The notes under the pieces are model-generated. The model searched no databases. It was given only the letters and a program-made list of their open reading frames with translations, and had not been told where the DNA came from. Of a DNA stretch of 64,000 nt, positions 1-12,561 are shown piece by piece; the first letter of the stretch is position 1, and each line of letters opens with the position of its first letter. Source of the stretch: Carcharhinus longimanus (lineage: Eukaryota); NCBI GenBank assembly GCA_030264375.1, contig JASCQW010000162.1, positions 91,686,612 through 91,750,611 on the forward strand, in the 5' to 3' direction. The translations under genes were made by a program, and so were the position numbers.

Positions 1-263
1 GCTCCCCAGCACCTTAAACCTGTGTCCTCTCGTAGCGACCATTTCAGCCCTGGGAAATAGCCTCCAAGAATCCACCCGATCTATACCTCTCAACATCTTA
101 TAAACCTCTATCAGGTCACCTCTCATCCTTTGTCTCTCCAGGGAGAAAAGACCAAGCTCTCTCAACCTTTCCTCATAAGGCATGCCATCCAATCCAGGCA
201 ACATCCTTGTAAATCTCCTCTGCACTCTTTCAATAGCTTCCACATCTTTCTTGTAATGGGGCG
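1..263 (-). mobile_element. CR1 LINE ORF2 C-terminal fragment
   Basis: Minus strand reads MRGDLIEVYKMLRGIDRVD, the typical CR1 ORF2 C-terminal motif; truncated by the window edge. Confidence 0.85.
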
Positions 264-264
264 A

Positions 265-488
265 TATTGTTCAATTGTTAATAGTTAAGCTGCTAATTTG
301 TTAGAGTTATATTTAAACTGTGTGATTAAATAAAGTTTGTTTTACTATGAAAGATACATATTTTGTCAGTGGAATCCCTCCTGGAGAATAATATCCTATA
401 CTCACACTTATGCCACAGAAAGAAAACTTGTTGGGGCCTGGTCTGGGTCCTGAATATACCTTGGGATTCTGGTCCAGTACGCTAACAC
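265..488 (+). mobile_element. 3' part of a probable solo LTR
   Basis: AATAAA-containing segment ending in ...TAACA, resembling Gypsy LTR ends; no partner LTR seen. Confidence 0.4.
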
Positions 489-1594
489 TACACAGTGCTA
501 CCTCTAACATTACACAGTGGCTGCAACATGGCTGGTTGAAGGCTATACACTTTCAATGGAGATCAAACCTGAGCACCTCTGGCCCTAAAAGGCTTGGTTT
601 CAGACTACAACATGTGGAAATGAGTAGCAACAGTCTGGGTCAGCTGGATAACAGGAAGCAGCAGGGGTACAGGTAATGTGGTGGTAGGAGCATGAATACT
701 CTCGTCCTGACAGAGGATAACTGCTATAGGTTCCACAGTCCATTGCCACCCTCCAAGCTGCACCTCAGCAATTCTAGCAATGTGTTGGAACACAGACTGC
801 AAGTCTGCTGGGAGACGTCTCAAGGCCCTTTACTCACCCGCATCTGCAGCTATTACAGCAACAGTCTGAGCTTAGCTGGCAGCAAGGTGAGTTGCAAGAT
901 TTGAGTCTGAAATTCCACTGCGACACATTGATGATAGATGGCTTCAGCTTGTGCTGAAAAGGAAGTTGAGACATTTACCACTCGATGTTGCACCATTGAT
1001 GTGTCCACAAGTATTCTGGTAGATTGGCCAATACTTCCATGCTGGAAAGGATGGACTCCCAGATCTGCACAAAGTCCTGAACCAATTTGATACTGACTCC
1101 TCCAGCAACCAGAGGCACTCTAACAGGCCTGCCAATGCAAATTAGCAGGCAGACAAAGTTTGTACAGACAAAATGCAAGTGGGTTAATTTTGCATAGTCA
1201 TATCTGTACTTTTCTTCCACGCCCTGTCCAAATTTACACCCAGAATCTTTTCCCCGAGTGATGTGGACTAAATTGACTTGATTGAATCTCAAGAAACTTA
1301 AACTGGTACTTTGTGTCTAGAAGGATGTATATATTAAGGAGAAATACTTGGGGGGGGGCGGCGCGGTGGTGGATCTAGAGTAAAGGGTTAACATCAGAAG
1401 CCAATGATGCTGATATAATAACGATTAAATAACAGGAATCTGGAGGCCAAATTTCCAGATTGTGCCGCGGTCTTAAGATGTATATCGTAGCTGTAAATAG
1501 TTATACTTCTATCAAACCACAATCATGAGCAGCTTACTTTGGGAGAATAGACAAGTCCCAAAGAATCCCATTAAGCCACCAAACACACAAAACA

Positions 1595-1606
1595 TGGTGG
1601 CAGTGG
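1595..1606 (+). promoter_or_regulatory. Primer-binding site of the Gypsy element (tRNA-Leu-like)
   Basis: TGGTGGCAGTGG immediately after LTR end ...AACA (1594); one mismatch to TGGTGGCAGCGG, the complement of the tRNA-Leu 3' end. Confidence 0.7.
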
Positions 1607-2473
1607 ATGAGTAAAAGACTCAGGGAAAAAAAACCCAGAAGCCCAAATACACAAAGCAAGTCACCAGATCGTAGAAAGAAGGGCAAAAGGGATGGAATCA
1701 AAAATCACCAGAATGCAGGTGTAGAATTTGCAAGCTGTGATATAGACTTGAGTCCAGAGAACTGGGGGCCCTGACTGGAATCAATAGGCAATATTAAAAC
1801 AGCAACAGGGCTTGGTGCAAGCATGGAATCCACACTACCAACCCCAGAACCATTCCAGAGCACTGAAGGCTCACAACAGATTCAGCACCGGGACAATTGG
1901 AGAAAGGTATAGAACTATCTCTGGTTAGCACATAAAAGAACAAAGAATTAGGTTAGTATGTTACTCTAAGCAGTTGATGTCATTGTCAGTGATATAATAG
2001 AGAGACCGGGAGCTGATGAGATTTCAACTTCTTACAAAGCGCTGCAAGCATTTGAGTCATATTTCAGCATCAGCAAAAAATTAATTATAGAAAGGGCAAA
2101 ATTTAACAAGCAAAAGCAAAGACCAGGCAAGAGCAGGGATTTGTTCATCAATGATTATGCAGGCTGGCAGAAATTGTGACCACAGAATATTTCAGGATGA
2201 ATTGACTTGTGAACAAATAGCAGTTGGTGTTTTGGATGAAGATCTATCAGATCTCGAGCAGACAAGAGAAGATTTAAATCTAGTCAAGGTAGTACAAATT
2301 GCAAGACAAAATACAACATTTATGAATGGCAACGGTGAGGTTCCATGGAAAAGAATGAGTGAGACCATTGAGTATGTTGGCTATATGAGGAAAAGTTCAC
2401 TACAACAGAAGCCTGCAAAAATGCGGAACAGTGCACCAACCTCCATCTTGAAATGCTTTCTTTGTGCAGAGAA

Positions 2474-2960
2474 ACTGAGGACTCTGGGCTTCTAGTCGAT
2501 GGAGTTTAGAATGATGAAGAGGGATCTCATTGAAACCTGCAGAAGAATGAAATACCTGGATAGAGGGGATGTAAGGAATATGTTTCAATTTGTAGGAGAG
2601 ACTAAGATCCGATGGCACAGCTTCAGAGTAAAGTTGCAACCTTTTGAACCGAGTTGAGGAAGAATTTCTTCAGCTAGAAGGTGGTGAATCTATGGAATTC
2701 ATTNNNNNNNNNNNNNNNNNNNNNNNNNNNNNNNNNNNNNNNNNNNNNNNNNNNNNNNNNNNNNNNNNNNNNNNNNNNNNNNNNNNNNNNNNNNNNNNNN
2801 NNNATGGAATTCATTGCCACAGAAGGCAATGGAGAGGTAGAAAGATTCTTGATTGGTAAGGGGATCAAAGGTTACAGGGAGAATGGGATTGGAAAACCTG
2901 GCAGCCATGATTGAATGGCAGAGTAGACTCATGGAACTGAATGGCCTAATTCTAATGCCC
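2474..2960 (+). mobile_element. CR1 3' fragment inserted in Gypsy gag (contains a gap)
   Basis: RM.RDLIET, VVNLWNSLP and GIKGY motifs plus CR1 3' UTR. Confidence 0.85.
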
Positions 2961-2965
2961 TTAAG

Positions 2966-3118
2966 AGAAGGAAATCTGCTTTCCTTACCTGGTCTGGCCT
3001 TCATGTGACAGCAGAACCACAGCAATGTGGTTGACTCAACTGCCCTCCAGGGGCAACTTGGGATGGGCAATAGATGATGGCCAGCCAGCGATGCCCATGT
3101 TCCACAAATGAATAAAAT
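2966..3118 (+). mobile_element. 3' half of a tRNA-derived SINE
   Basis: gaaggaaatctg...cttacctggtctggcc...gggatgggcaata...cagcgatgcccatg; homologous to 3470-3622 and 37240-37460. Confidence 0.75.
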
Positions 3119-3289
3119 TCTGTTCCTATATCTTTTGGAAATAACCTGCACAGGCAGGAAGAAAGCCCAACAGGTCAAGCACAACTGGATATTTTAACAC
3201 CATCAGCCCATTTAAAATGCTGACAACCTGCAAAAAGAAGCATAACATATTAAAACCAAGCCATATACAAGAAGCAGGCAACAGTGTTT

Positions 3290-3624
3290 TGCTATTGTCA
3301 TTGGACTAGAAATCCAGAGACCCAGGATAATGCTCTGGGGGCCCAGTTTCAAATTCCACCATGACAGATGGTGAAATTTGAATTCAATAAAAAATCTGGA
3401 ATTCAAAGTCTTAAAGATGACCATGAAACCATTGTCATTAAAAAAAATCTGGTACTAATATCCTTTCGAAAAGGAAATTTGTCACTGTCACCTTCACCTG
3501 GTCTGGCCAAAAATGTGACTTCAGAACACAGCAATGTGATTGACTCTTAAATGCCCTCAGGGATGAACAATAACAGTTGGCCCAGTCAGTGATGCCCATA
3601 TCCTGTGAACAAATAAAAAAAAGT
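3290..3624 (+). mobile_element. tRNA-derived SINE, near full length
   Basis: tRNA-like head (gtcattggactag...gtttcaaattccacc), body shared with other copies, A-rich tail. Confidence 0.75.
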
Positions 3625-5991
3625 AAATGGAAGAACCACAGAGAAAGAAAATTCATTTCCTAAGGGAAGTAAATGAAACAGAAAATAAATATTGGATTAT
3701 TAAATTTGAAGTGAATTGGCACAGGCAAGATTTTGTCTTGTCAGACAAAGTAAAGTGGCTTAAACACATTACACTACAGCCTTCATCTATAAAGTTACAG
3801 GGTCCAGTGGGACTACCCTGAAAATCATAGCAAAATTGAAGTACAAAGACAGAGAAATCATTGAACTTCTGTGTGTCATCCAGAATCAAGGATCATCTTT
3901 ATTAGGCTTAAAATTGAAACTGATTGAAAAAGTTAATGAAGTTGCTGATGAGCATTGCACCAGTACATTCAGCAATGAATTTCCAAGATTATTTATAGGC
4001 TTGGGAAAACCAAGGATCATATTGCCAAAGACCTAATGCGAAACCAATTTGCCTTTTTATATCGAGACAGGTTCCTCACCTACTCTTGAACAAAATCATG
4101 CGTAAAATTGAGAATATGCAAGGAGTTATCTCACCAGAAACCATGTCAACAAAATGGTGTTCAGAAATGATCACAATCCCAAAGCCAGACAGCTCCATTA
4201 GAATCTGTGTGGGTTTAGCTAAAGTAAACAAATCAGTGGAATGTGAAATCTACCTAATGCTCTCAGTGGTTGAAAGTCTTGCCAATCTCAGCAAGAGTAC
4301 TCTATTCACTAAATTAGATGAAAACAGCAGATTTTGGCACTTGAATCTGGACAAAGAATCAAGATTGTTGACCGCTATTATGAGACCAATATTCATTATT
4401 ACTTGAATAGATTATCTTTTAGAATGGCATTTGCTCCTGAAATTTTCCAGATAACAATATTTCAGACGCGAGAAGGCATGGAAATAGTAGTATGCCATAT
4501 GAATGACATGAGAGTGGAGCATGAACAGAGCAGAGCAGGATGCAATCCTAACACCAAATGAAAAATGCGAGTTTGTCAGAGCTGAAAGTAATTTTGAGGT
4601 CATGTACAAACCTCTGGAATAACAGTTGACTCACAAAAATTAAAAATAATCAGATTTTCCACAAGAGTTCCACTGACTATAATAGCAGCAGATGCATCGT
4701 ATGTAGATCTGAGTGCTGCATTATTTCAAGTACAGGGATCAAGACAACAAAAATAGACTGGTTTTACTGTGCCTCAGGGTCACTACAGTCAAGAAAGAAC
4801 CAATGGCAGCAACAGTGGCATTCATGAAATTCTTAAAGTGTGTGATTAGTTTATAGTTCAAAATCGAAGCAGACTTTCAGCCACAAGTCACATTTCTGAA
4901 CATGGAAGTGATTGTGAAAATGTCCCCTAGAATCCAATGGCTCAGATTATGATTAATAACATAGGACTCTATAACACAGTATGTTCAGTGGAAGTACCAG
5001 CAACAGCAGATACACAATCAAGGATACCAATTGAAGAAACCAATCTAGAGGATTTACATTTCATCAAGGAGGTACAAGTGCATCTCTGATTACTCATCAT
5101 CGCCCATCCACTGCAAAGAAGTTGCCGGCGACAAAACGAGCACAGCAGCAAGATGATGAATATGCCCAGATCAGAGAATGCTACTGGAAGGGGGGCCAGA
5201 TTATACTCAATCCAGTAGAATGGCAGTAATTTGAACAGAAAAGGCACTTCACAATCATTGATGATCTGCTAGATTTTAATAACAGAACAGTCATTCAGAG
5301 AACACTTCACCTTGACATCCTTCAGACTTCATCAAGGGAAAGCAAAATGTTGAGCAAGAGCCAAGCCAACAGCCCAGTGGCCTGATGTTACCCATTCTGT
5401 GGAAGAAATGATTTCTAATTGTCTTATGTCTGCTGTGAACAACCATGTGGAAAAGAACTACTATCACCTTTTACTTCTTCATCAATGCTGTGGGAGCCCT
5501 GGGAAAGCAGTTATTTGATTTTAAAGACAATATGTTCCTTCCTGTCATTGATTACACAGGCAGGCATGCAGCAAGAGGCTGATCAGCCCAGGGAGAGAGC
5601 ATGGGTATGAGACCAACAGAAGGAAAGCACAATAATCAAAAGAGCTCAAAAAGAGAGACTATACAGGATTGGGACAGACCAGGGAATTATATGGAGAAGC
5701 TATGGCAACTTAAATGTCCTTGGGAAGAAAGTCAATAGATTCTAATGGAAATAAAGATGAAGGAATAAGACAAAGCTGCCAAGGAGAAGAACACTGAAGC
5801 TGAACGAGGCAGAGGATAGAACATCCTCTACCTCAAAGAGATCAGAACAATACCAGAGATCTTGGTTGATGCACTAGGAGACTAACCCTGTGAAGTCTGA
5901 GACGTTGAGGTGGCGGATATATGAAGATGTATATAATGGGGCTCAAGATTTGTGGAGAGATGTAGAGTAAAGCATTAACATCAGAAGCACT

Positions 5992-6338
5992 TGTATTTAG
6001 CTGTATATGAGGGTCTTTTCCGTATGGTTATAAAGGAGCTTAAGGGGTGAGGAACATGGCAGCATGGCCCATTTAAGGAACAGTTGATCATGGGTCACAT
6101 GACATTTCTGGAGCCTGTCAGAAAGAAGCATGCCAATCTTAGTCTTTCGGGTGTTAGGATGTGAGTCCTGCTGTGTAGAAACCTGCGGTCTGAGCCCAGG
6201 AGTCAGTGGGACTAGACCTGCATCTGTCTCAGCTTGTTTGTATACTGTTTTAACCATCATTCAATAAGTCACCGTTGTAATTCAAGGCTTCATTATTGTA
6301 TTATCTCACGCCATAATACTGCACTTCTTCAAACAACA
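5992..6338 (+). mobile_element. Solo LTR interrupting the Gypsy 3' LTR
   Basis: TG...CA ends (tgtattt...aacaaca) with internal AATAA; homology to the 5' LTR stops at 5988 and weakly resumes after 6338. Confidence 0.55.
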
Positions 6339-7320
6339 ATTGATGTGCTGAATAAGATAACATTGTGATAAAATTCTAACCTGTTTGAGCAATTGATTTG
6401 GTATTTGGTTCTCGATTGCAGTAGTAATTTTGAAATACAACGAAGAACAAGATAAATTTCAGGCAAATTTTCCACACCAGTCCCCAATGTTACATGGATT
6501 CTCAAAAGTGTAACTAATAGCTTCTTGTTGCAAGTGAAAAATATGGTACTGTGACGGTTTGAAAAGAAGCTTTAAGGTCAGAGTTATTTTTGGATAATTG
6601 GTTCCTTGAGAGAATGGAGGGATATGCAGTATGACGGTTACAGCAGAGGTTGAGCTGGGATCAGATCAGTGGACAGATAAAAGACATGGCATTTAAGGGT
6701 AGATGTGGCCCAGCACACAGTGCCAATTAGAATCTTTCTTGTGCAGGACGACAGAGTATTTTTTTTAAACAAGACTTCAAACACAAACAAAATATGAATA
6801 ACATTTGTTTTGATCTCTTAGACAGCATTTGTTTTCTTGCTGGTGCTAATAAATTGCCAATTAATAGGGACCTTGAAAGCATTAAATAATCTCAACAACA
6901 GCTGAAATAAATTACAAAATCCCCAGTAACTTTTCTGACAGTTGATTTTTCAATAATTATACATAATTGTTCCAAATTCTTAACTGTAATTTTACATTAC
7001 CTTCATATTTGTTATTACTTCAATTAGTATTAGGAGGTTCTGAGATATTTTAGAGGATACACCCTATGTATCAGTGTAAAATTTAATTTATGTTTCTTGA
7101 ACAACATTAATGTTATTTGTGTTCCTGGCATTTCCTATACAGTATAAAAAGATTTTATGTATCAAATGATAGTTGATTTTATTTATCTCTCCCTTTGCTA
7201 AATTGGATAGACCGTTTCTTTAATAAACAAATTAGGCTTAATATTTTCTCACTGTTTTGGAAATGTTGCTTGTTCTCATCTAATAAAGGCCTTTGGATAG
7301 ACAACGCTCATTAGGGAAAA

Positions 7321-7512
7321 TGTGGTGATGCCAGCGTTTGACTGGGGTGGGCACAAAAAGCCTCACAACCCCAGGTTAAAGTCCAGCAGGTTTATTTGGT
7401 ATCACAGGCTTCAAGAGCGCTGCTCCACAGTTATCTGATGAAGGAACAGTGTTCCAAAAGCTCATGATACCAAATGGACTTTAACTTGGTGTTGTGAGAC
7501 TTCTTACTGTGC
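7321..7512. mobile_element. Penelope-derived short palindromic element with hammerhead-like motif
   Basis: Inverted arms ctcacaaccccaggttaaagtcc...atttggtatca / tgataccaaat..ggactttaacttggtgttgtgag; same terminus as the PLE at 9046; TSD-like flanks gctcattagggaaaa / gctcttaggaaaa. Confidence 0.8.
7431..7467 (+). ncRNA. Degenerate minimal type I hammerhead ribozyme
   Basis: ttat-CTGATGA-a-ggaac(agt)gttcc-aAAA-gc-TC-atga; intact CUGAUGA, perfect 5-bp stem II, 4-bp stem I; GAAA mutated to AAAA. Confidence 0.6.
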
Positions 7513-8179
7513 TCTTAGGAAAAGCATTATTAAATATTAGAATAGCTTTGGGCAGAAGAAGAAATCAAGTTTGGATTTATCAATCTTGTTATGAATTACG
7601 CAAAGAAATACAGCAAGTCCTCCTTTTAAGTTGTTAGGTTTTAAGTGATTCTGCTTTAACTTTGATCAATTAATGAGACCCATATTCCTGTTTACCACTA
7701 AGAGCTCTGTTTTAAGACAGTTTCACTCTATGCCTGATTTTGGGCTAGATGTCCTGATCAAAGGCCTCTACCTGACTCTCCCTCTTGCAGCTGAACCTCC
7801 ACCTTACTGCATCTTCAGCTTGTGGCTTACCTCTTGCAAGGCTGCTCTTCCTGCCTCTCAGCCACTTATGCTCATTGTGAGGGTTCGGGAGAAGGAAGCA
7901 GTGAGCAGGAGAGTCAGGGAGTGGAAGATTCAGTGAGAGGAAAGGTCCACAGAGACCTGGATGGTCAGGAAGCAGCAGAAGTTGTGAACCAAAGGATTGG
8001 CAATATTTGTCTGGGAGCAGGTTGTTGGCAAATGGTTGGTTTGAAAAGTCGGATTGGTGGTGAGGGAGTGACTGGGAGGTAAATAAAAAGTCAGCATATT
8101 TCTTTCACATTTTAAAATTTATTTATTTTATCTAATTTCCCAATACTGGATTTTGCAAGATGAAGTATTATAGCTGACA

Positions 8180-9040
8180 GGGAAGGCTTTCGATGGAGTT
8201 TCACATTAGAGGCCATTAGCTAAGATTAAAGCTCATGGAATGGAAGATGAAGTATTGACCTAGTTAGGGCAGTAGAAAATAAAGAGCACAGATAACGTCC
8301 ATGACCTTGATTTGGAAGTAAGTGACTAGTGGTTTTCTAAAAGGATCTCTGCTGGAACCTCAATTATTTTCTATTTTTATTAATGACTTAGATAACAAAA
8401 TAGAAATCCTTGTATCCAAATTTTCCAATGTGAAATCTTGAGGGGCTAGTAAGTCATAAAGGGATGGGACTGTAAAATTAGTTCATTAAGTTCAACAAAA
8501 TTATGACAGATTGATTTCAAGATAGATAAGTATGGGGTTAAACACCTTGAATCAAATAAGGATAGATTTGAATATTAATTAAATGGCAACAAGCTGAAAA
8601 CAGTGGCAGTCCAAAGAGATTTAATAGTCCACTTACATAGATCACTAAAATGTCATACTCAGTTACCTAAAATAATCAAAAAGGCCCATGGAATAACAGC
8701 CTTTATAATTCATGGGCTGATGTTTCGGAGAAAGAAGTTCCATTGGATCTGAACAGAACCCTGAATAGACCACATCTGGAATACCATGTACAGTTCGGCA
8801 CACCTCAGGATGCATTTGTTTTGGAAGGGGTACTTGCTAGATTCACTGAAACGTTACCAGCACTCCAGGGTTAGAAGATGAGAAAAGATTACATAAACTA
8901 GTTACATATTATTTCAAAAGTTGGAGGTTACAGTTGATTTTATTGGGAAACCAGTAATTTCTTTAATGTCCTAGAAAGAAATTAAGAGAGTAGACACATT
9001 CTTTTGCCACTGCTGAGAAATCTGTGACATAGAGACATAG
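8180..9040 (+). mobile_element. Old CR1 RT fragment
   Basis: Degenerate KAFD..H, KIKAHG, VTSG..GS.L.PQLFSIFINDLD, RPHLEY motifs. Confidence 0.8.
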
Positions 9041-9045
9041 TAAGA

Positions 9046-10456
9046 AGTCTGTCAACACCAGGTTAAAGTTCAACACGTTTAACAGCAAAAGCCTTTCAGG
9101 CCTCTGACCCTTTGTCAGATGAGTGGAGAGTTCTGATCATAAACAGGGGATGTAAAGACATACACGCAATTTACAGAATACTGATCAGAATGCGAGTTTT
9201 TACAGCTAATCAAGTCTTAAAGGTGCAGACAATGTGAGTGGAGATAGCATTAAGCATAGGTTANNNNNNNNNNNNNNNNNNNNNNNNNNNNNNNNNNNNN
9301 NNNNNNNNNNNNNNNNNNNNNNNNNNNNNNNNNNNNNNNNNNNNNNNNNNNNNNNNNNNNNNNNNNNNNNNNNNNNNNNNNNNNNNNNNNNNNNNNNNNN
9401 NNNNNNNNNNNNNNNNNNNNNNNNNNNNNNNNNNNNNNNNNNNNNNNNNNNNNNNNNNNNNNNNNNNNNNNNNNNNNNNNNNNNNNNNNNNNNNNNNNNN
9501 NNNNNNNNNNNNNNNNNNNNNNNNNNNNNNNNNNNNNNNNNNNNNNNNNNNNNNNNNNNNNNNNNNNNNNNNNNNNNNNNNNNNNNNNNNNNNNNNNNNN
9601 NNNNNNNNNNNNNNNNNNNNNNNNNNNNNNNNNNNNNNNNNNNNNNNNNNNNNNNNNNNNNNNNNNNNNNNNNNNNNNNNNNNNNNNNNNNNNNNNNNNN
9701 NNNNNNNNNNNNNNNNNNNNNNNNNNNNNNNNNNNNNNNNNNNNNNNNNNNNNNNNNNNNNNNNNNNNNNNNNNNNNNNNNNNNNNNNNNNNNNNNNNNN
9801 NNNNNNNNNNNNNNNNNNNNNNNNNNNNNNNGGTTGTTTGAAGGCAAGAAGTGGGGGTGTGGGGATGGCCTTGGCGAGATGTTCATCTTCATCAATGACA
9901 TGTTGAAGAAGATGTTGTAGCTTCTCTGCTCCGGGGGAAGTACTGGATGACAAAGGGTACTCTGTCCATTGTGTCCCGTGTTTGTCTTCTGAGGAGGTCG
10001 ATGCAATTTTTGGCTGTGGTGTGTTGTAACTGTCGATCGATGAGTCGAGCATCATATCCTGTTCTATGAGGGCATCTTTCAGCATCTGGAGATGTCTGTT
10101 GCGATCCTCCTCATCTGAGCAGATCCTGTGTATACGGAGGACTTATTCATAGGCGATGGCTTCTTTAACATGTTTAGGGTGGAAGCTGGAGAAGTGGAGC
10201 ATCGTGAGGTTATCCGTGGGCTTGCGGTATAGTGAGGTACTGAAGTGACTGTCCTTAATGGAGATGCGTGTGTCCAAAAATGCAACCAATTCTGGAGAGT
10301 AGTCCGTGGTGAGTGGGATGGAACTTGTTGATATCATCATATAGTTGTTTTAGTGATTGTTCACCATGAGTCCAAAGGAAGAAAATGTCATTCATGTATC
10401 TCGTGTATAGCATCAGTTGAAGGTCCTGTGCAGTGAAGAAATCTTGTTTGAACCTT
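9046..10456 (-). mobile_element. Penelope-like element (RT C-terminal half to 3' terminal repeat, gap inside)
   Basis: Minus-strand peptides VAFLDTRISIKDSHFSTSLYRKPTDNLTMLHFSSFHPKHVKEAIAY and PGAEKLQHLL...PPLLAFKQ typical of PLE RT; terminal repeat with hammerhead-like core at 9091-9120. Confidence 0.9.
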
Positions 10457-12561
10457 CAACTGTTGCTCATCTATTGCTCACCTGAAGAATGCAGAAGGAA
10501 ATTGGATTGCATCGAGAGCGTGTCTTCAGCTCCTTGGACATCCAAAGCCTTCTAATGCAAATTTCAGGCAAATTGGTACAAAGCAATTATGTCCAAAAGG
10601 CTGCTTACATCTGCAAACCATGATCCTATACTAGTTGTAGGATCACTTGTCTAAGCCCTCACACTGTACTTGTTTTTGTATATAATGTATATGCCCATTG
10701 TTATTTCTAAATTTTGAAACTGGGCCTTGGCTGAACAAGATGTCTGTCTGTAACCCCAGAACAAAAGAAGCTAGCTTGCGGCTTTGGGGAAAAGTCACAC
10801 CTCGTTATCTCTAAGGCGCTACGGTTGAATACCTGGGGACTGCTTTGCCAAACATCAAAGAGAGGGCTATGAAAGCACAAGCATTTGATAACCCAGGCTT
10901 GCCTGCAGTAGACAGAAGGTCCGCTGAGACAGAAGGCCCATCATGCATCCCTTTCATCTCATAATGGCTGGGACATTTAGCAGTCTTTGAGATCCAGCTG
11001 AATTCCAGATGATGGTTACAGATCCTTTGTTGAAGACATCGTGACGGGATGAGGATCATGTAACATGGGCCTCTGGCTTGTTGGATAAGTAATATTGCCT
11101 CACTCAGTCTGTTCTTTTATATCTGACTAGCAGCCACATAAAACAGAGCTCCGTCCTGGTTGAATACACAAACCCCTTCTACATTGTTTCTGTTGGAAAT
11201 ACTATGCCATCATCTGCAAGACTGATTCCTGTGAAGTCAACACCACTGGAAAGGTGAATTCTCCAACATTAGTCTTCAGCCGTTGACCTTTGTGAATGAA
11301 CACCTCATTGGATTTTGATTCTGGACTTTGGAACTCACATGAACCATTGTTTATTTTCTCTGCGTTCTCTGTACTGTATCNNNNNNNNNNNNNNNNNNNN
11401 NNNNNNNNNNNNNNNNNNNNNNNNNNNNNNNNNNNNNNNNNNNNNNNNNNNNNNNNNNNNNNNNNNNNNNNNNNNNNNNNNNNNNNNNNNNNNNNNNNNN
11501 NNNNNNNNNNNNNNNNNNNNNNNNNNNNNNNNNNNNNNNNNNNNNNNNNNNNNNNNNNNNNNNNNNNNNNNNNNNNNGGAAACAAACTAAAACACCTTTG
11601 TGCCATGGATGATGGATGATGAGAGGAGAAATTAATGCTTTTAAATTAATCCTTTCCTGTCCATAACATGTGGATAACTTTGAGTTAAAAATGTGCAGCA
11701 TGTGAACTCAGTGCACTCCTAGCAGTTGTGCCAGGCAGTGAGAGGCCCAGTCAGTGGTCCTTAAATCGATCATTGCAGGTTTCGTCAGAAATGTTCTGGA
11801 ACTTTGTTGGGCAGAATTTTTCTGTGAAGCCAGGAGTAGCAAGAATGTTTTCTTAATCCCACAAAAGAAAAGTCCCACTGTCCATCACTCAATGGGTTCC
11901 CCTCTCATGATGCATCTCTTCCCTCTGTCCAAGGCCACCTTGCAACATGTCTTGCTGGATCAGCTCACCCACAGAGGAAGTTGAAAATCACCCTTATTCT
12001 CTTAAGGGTATCAGTTGTTCATACATTTTGATATGTAGCTTACAATTCAGCAACAGCAAATTCACAATTTTTTTCCACTGAACACAGCATGTCTTCAATC
12101 CCAAGGAGAAGGATGATTGTGTAAGGTGTAATGAATACAGAACCAAGTTTCCAAAACAATACCGAAACATTCTGTTGACTTTATTAAAGAAATAAAACTG
12201 AAATGACAGGCTGCTGCTGTAGAGAATATTTTCTTATAGAATTCAGTTGTATAAAGGCTACAAAGGAGCGGGCTTAAGCATTGTCTTGATGTACACTGTT
12301 TAGTTTGATTTACACTGATTGCATAGTTCTAGATCATTGTCTTTGTACAATACAACAGCATCATCCTGAAAATTACACTGGGAATATCATGCAGCATCTA
12401 TACTAAATAGTGCCTACTCTATGGGCCAGAATATTGTGTTCCACTGTATACAGTGCTTGAAGATGGCTTAAAATTACTTTAAACCTTCCTATTAATCATG
12501 ACAAAGTCTACTGTAGCTACCCAGGATTCAGTATAAATGATATTCTTTATTTATGAATACA

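Larger units (their letters stand above)
1312..5990 (+). mobile_element. Decayed Gypsy/Ty3 LTR retrotransposon (LTR-PBS-gag-pol-partial LTR)
   Basis: Direct repeat 1321-1401 vs 5924-5988 (gatgtatata...tagagtaaag..ttaacatcagaagc). Gag ELTCEQIAVGVLDEDLSD (2151-2470); RT PKPDSSIRICV, FTKLDENSRFW, FRMAFAPEIFQ, CHMNDM (YxDD-like); RNase H IIAADAS; integrase remnant. Many stops and frameshifts. Confidence 0.9.

Noticed and set aside
500-1300. Possible RTE-like LINE remnant on the minus strand (VKLVQDFVQIWESILS)
   Set aside because: Only one weak motif; not enough to call
9206-10085. Long ORFs of 220-274 aa, and other X-containing ORFs
   Set aside because: Open only because they run through N gaps (2704-2803, 9264-9831, 11381-11577, 32647-32746, 39160-39259, 49744-49843, 58098-58197, 63036-63135)
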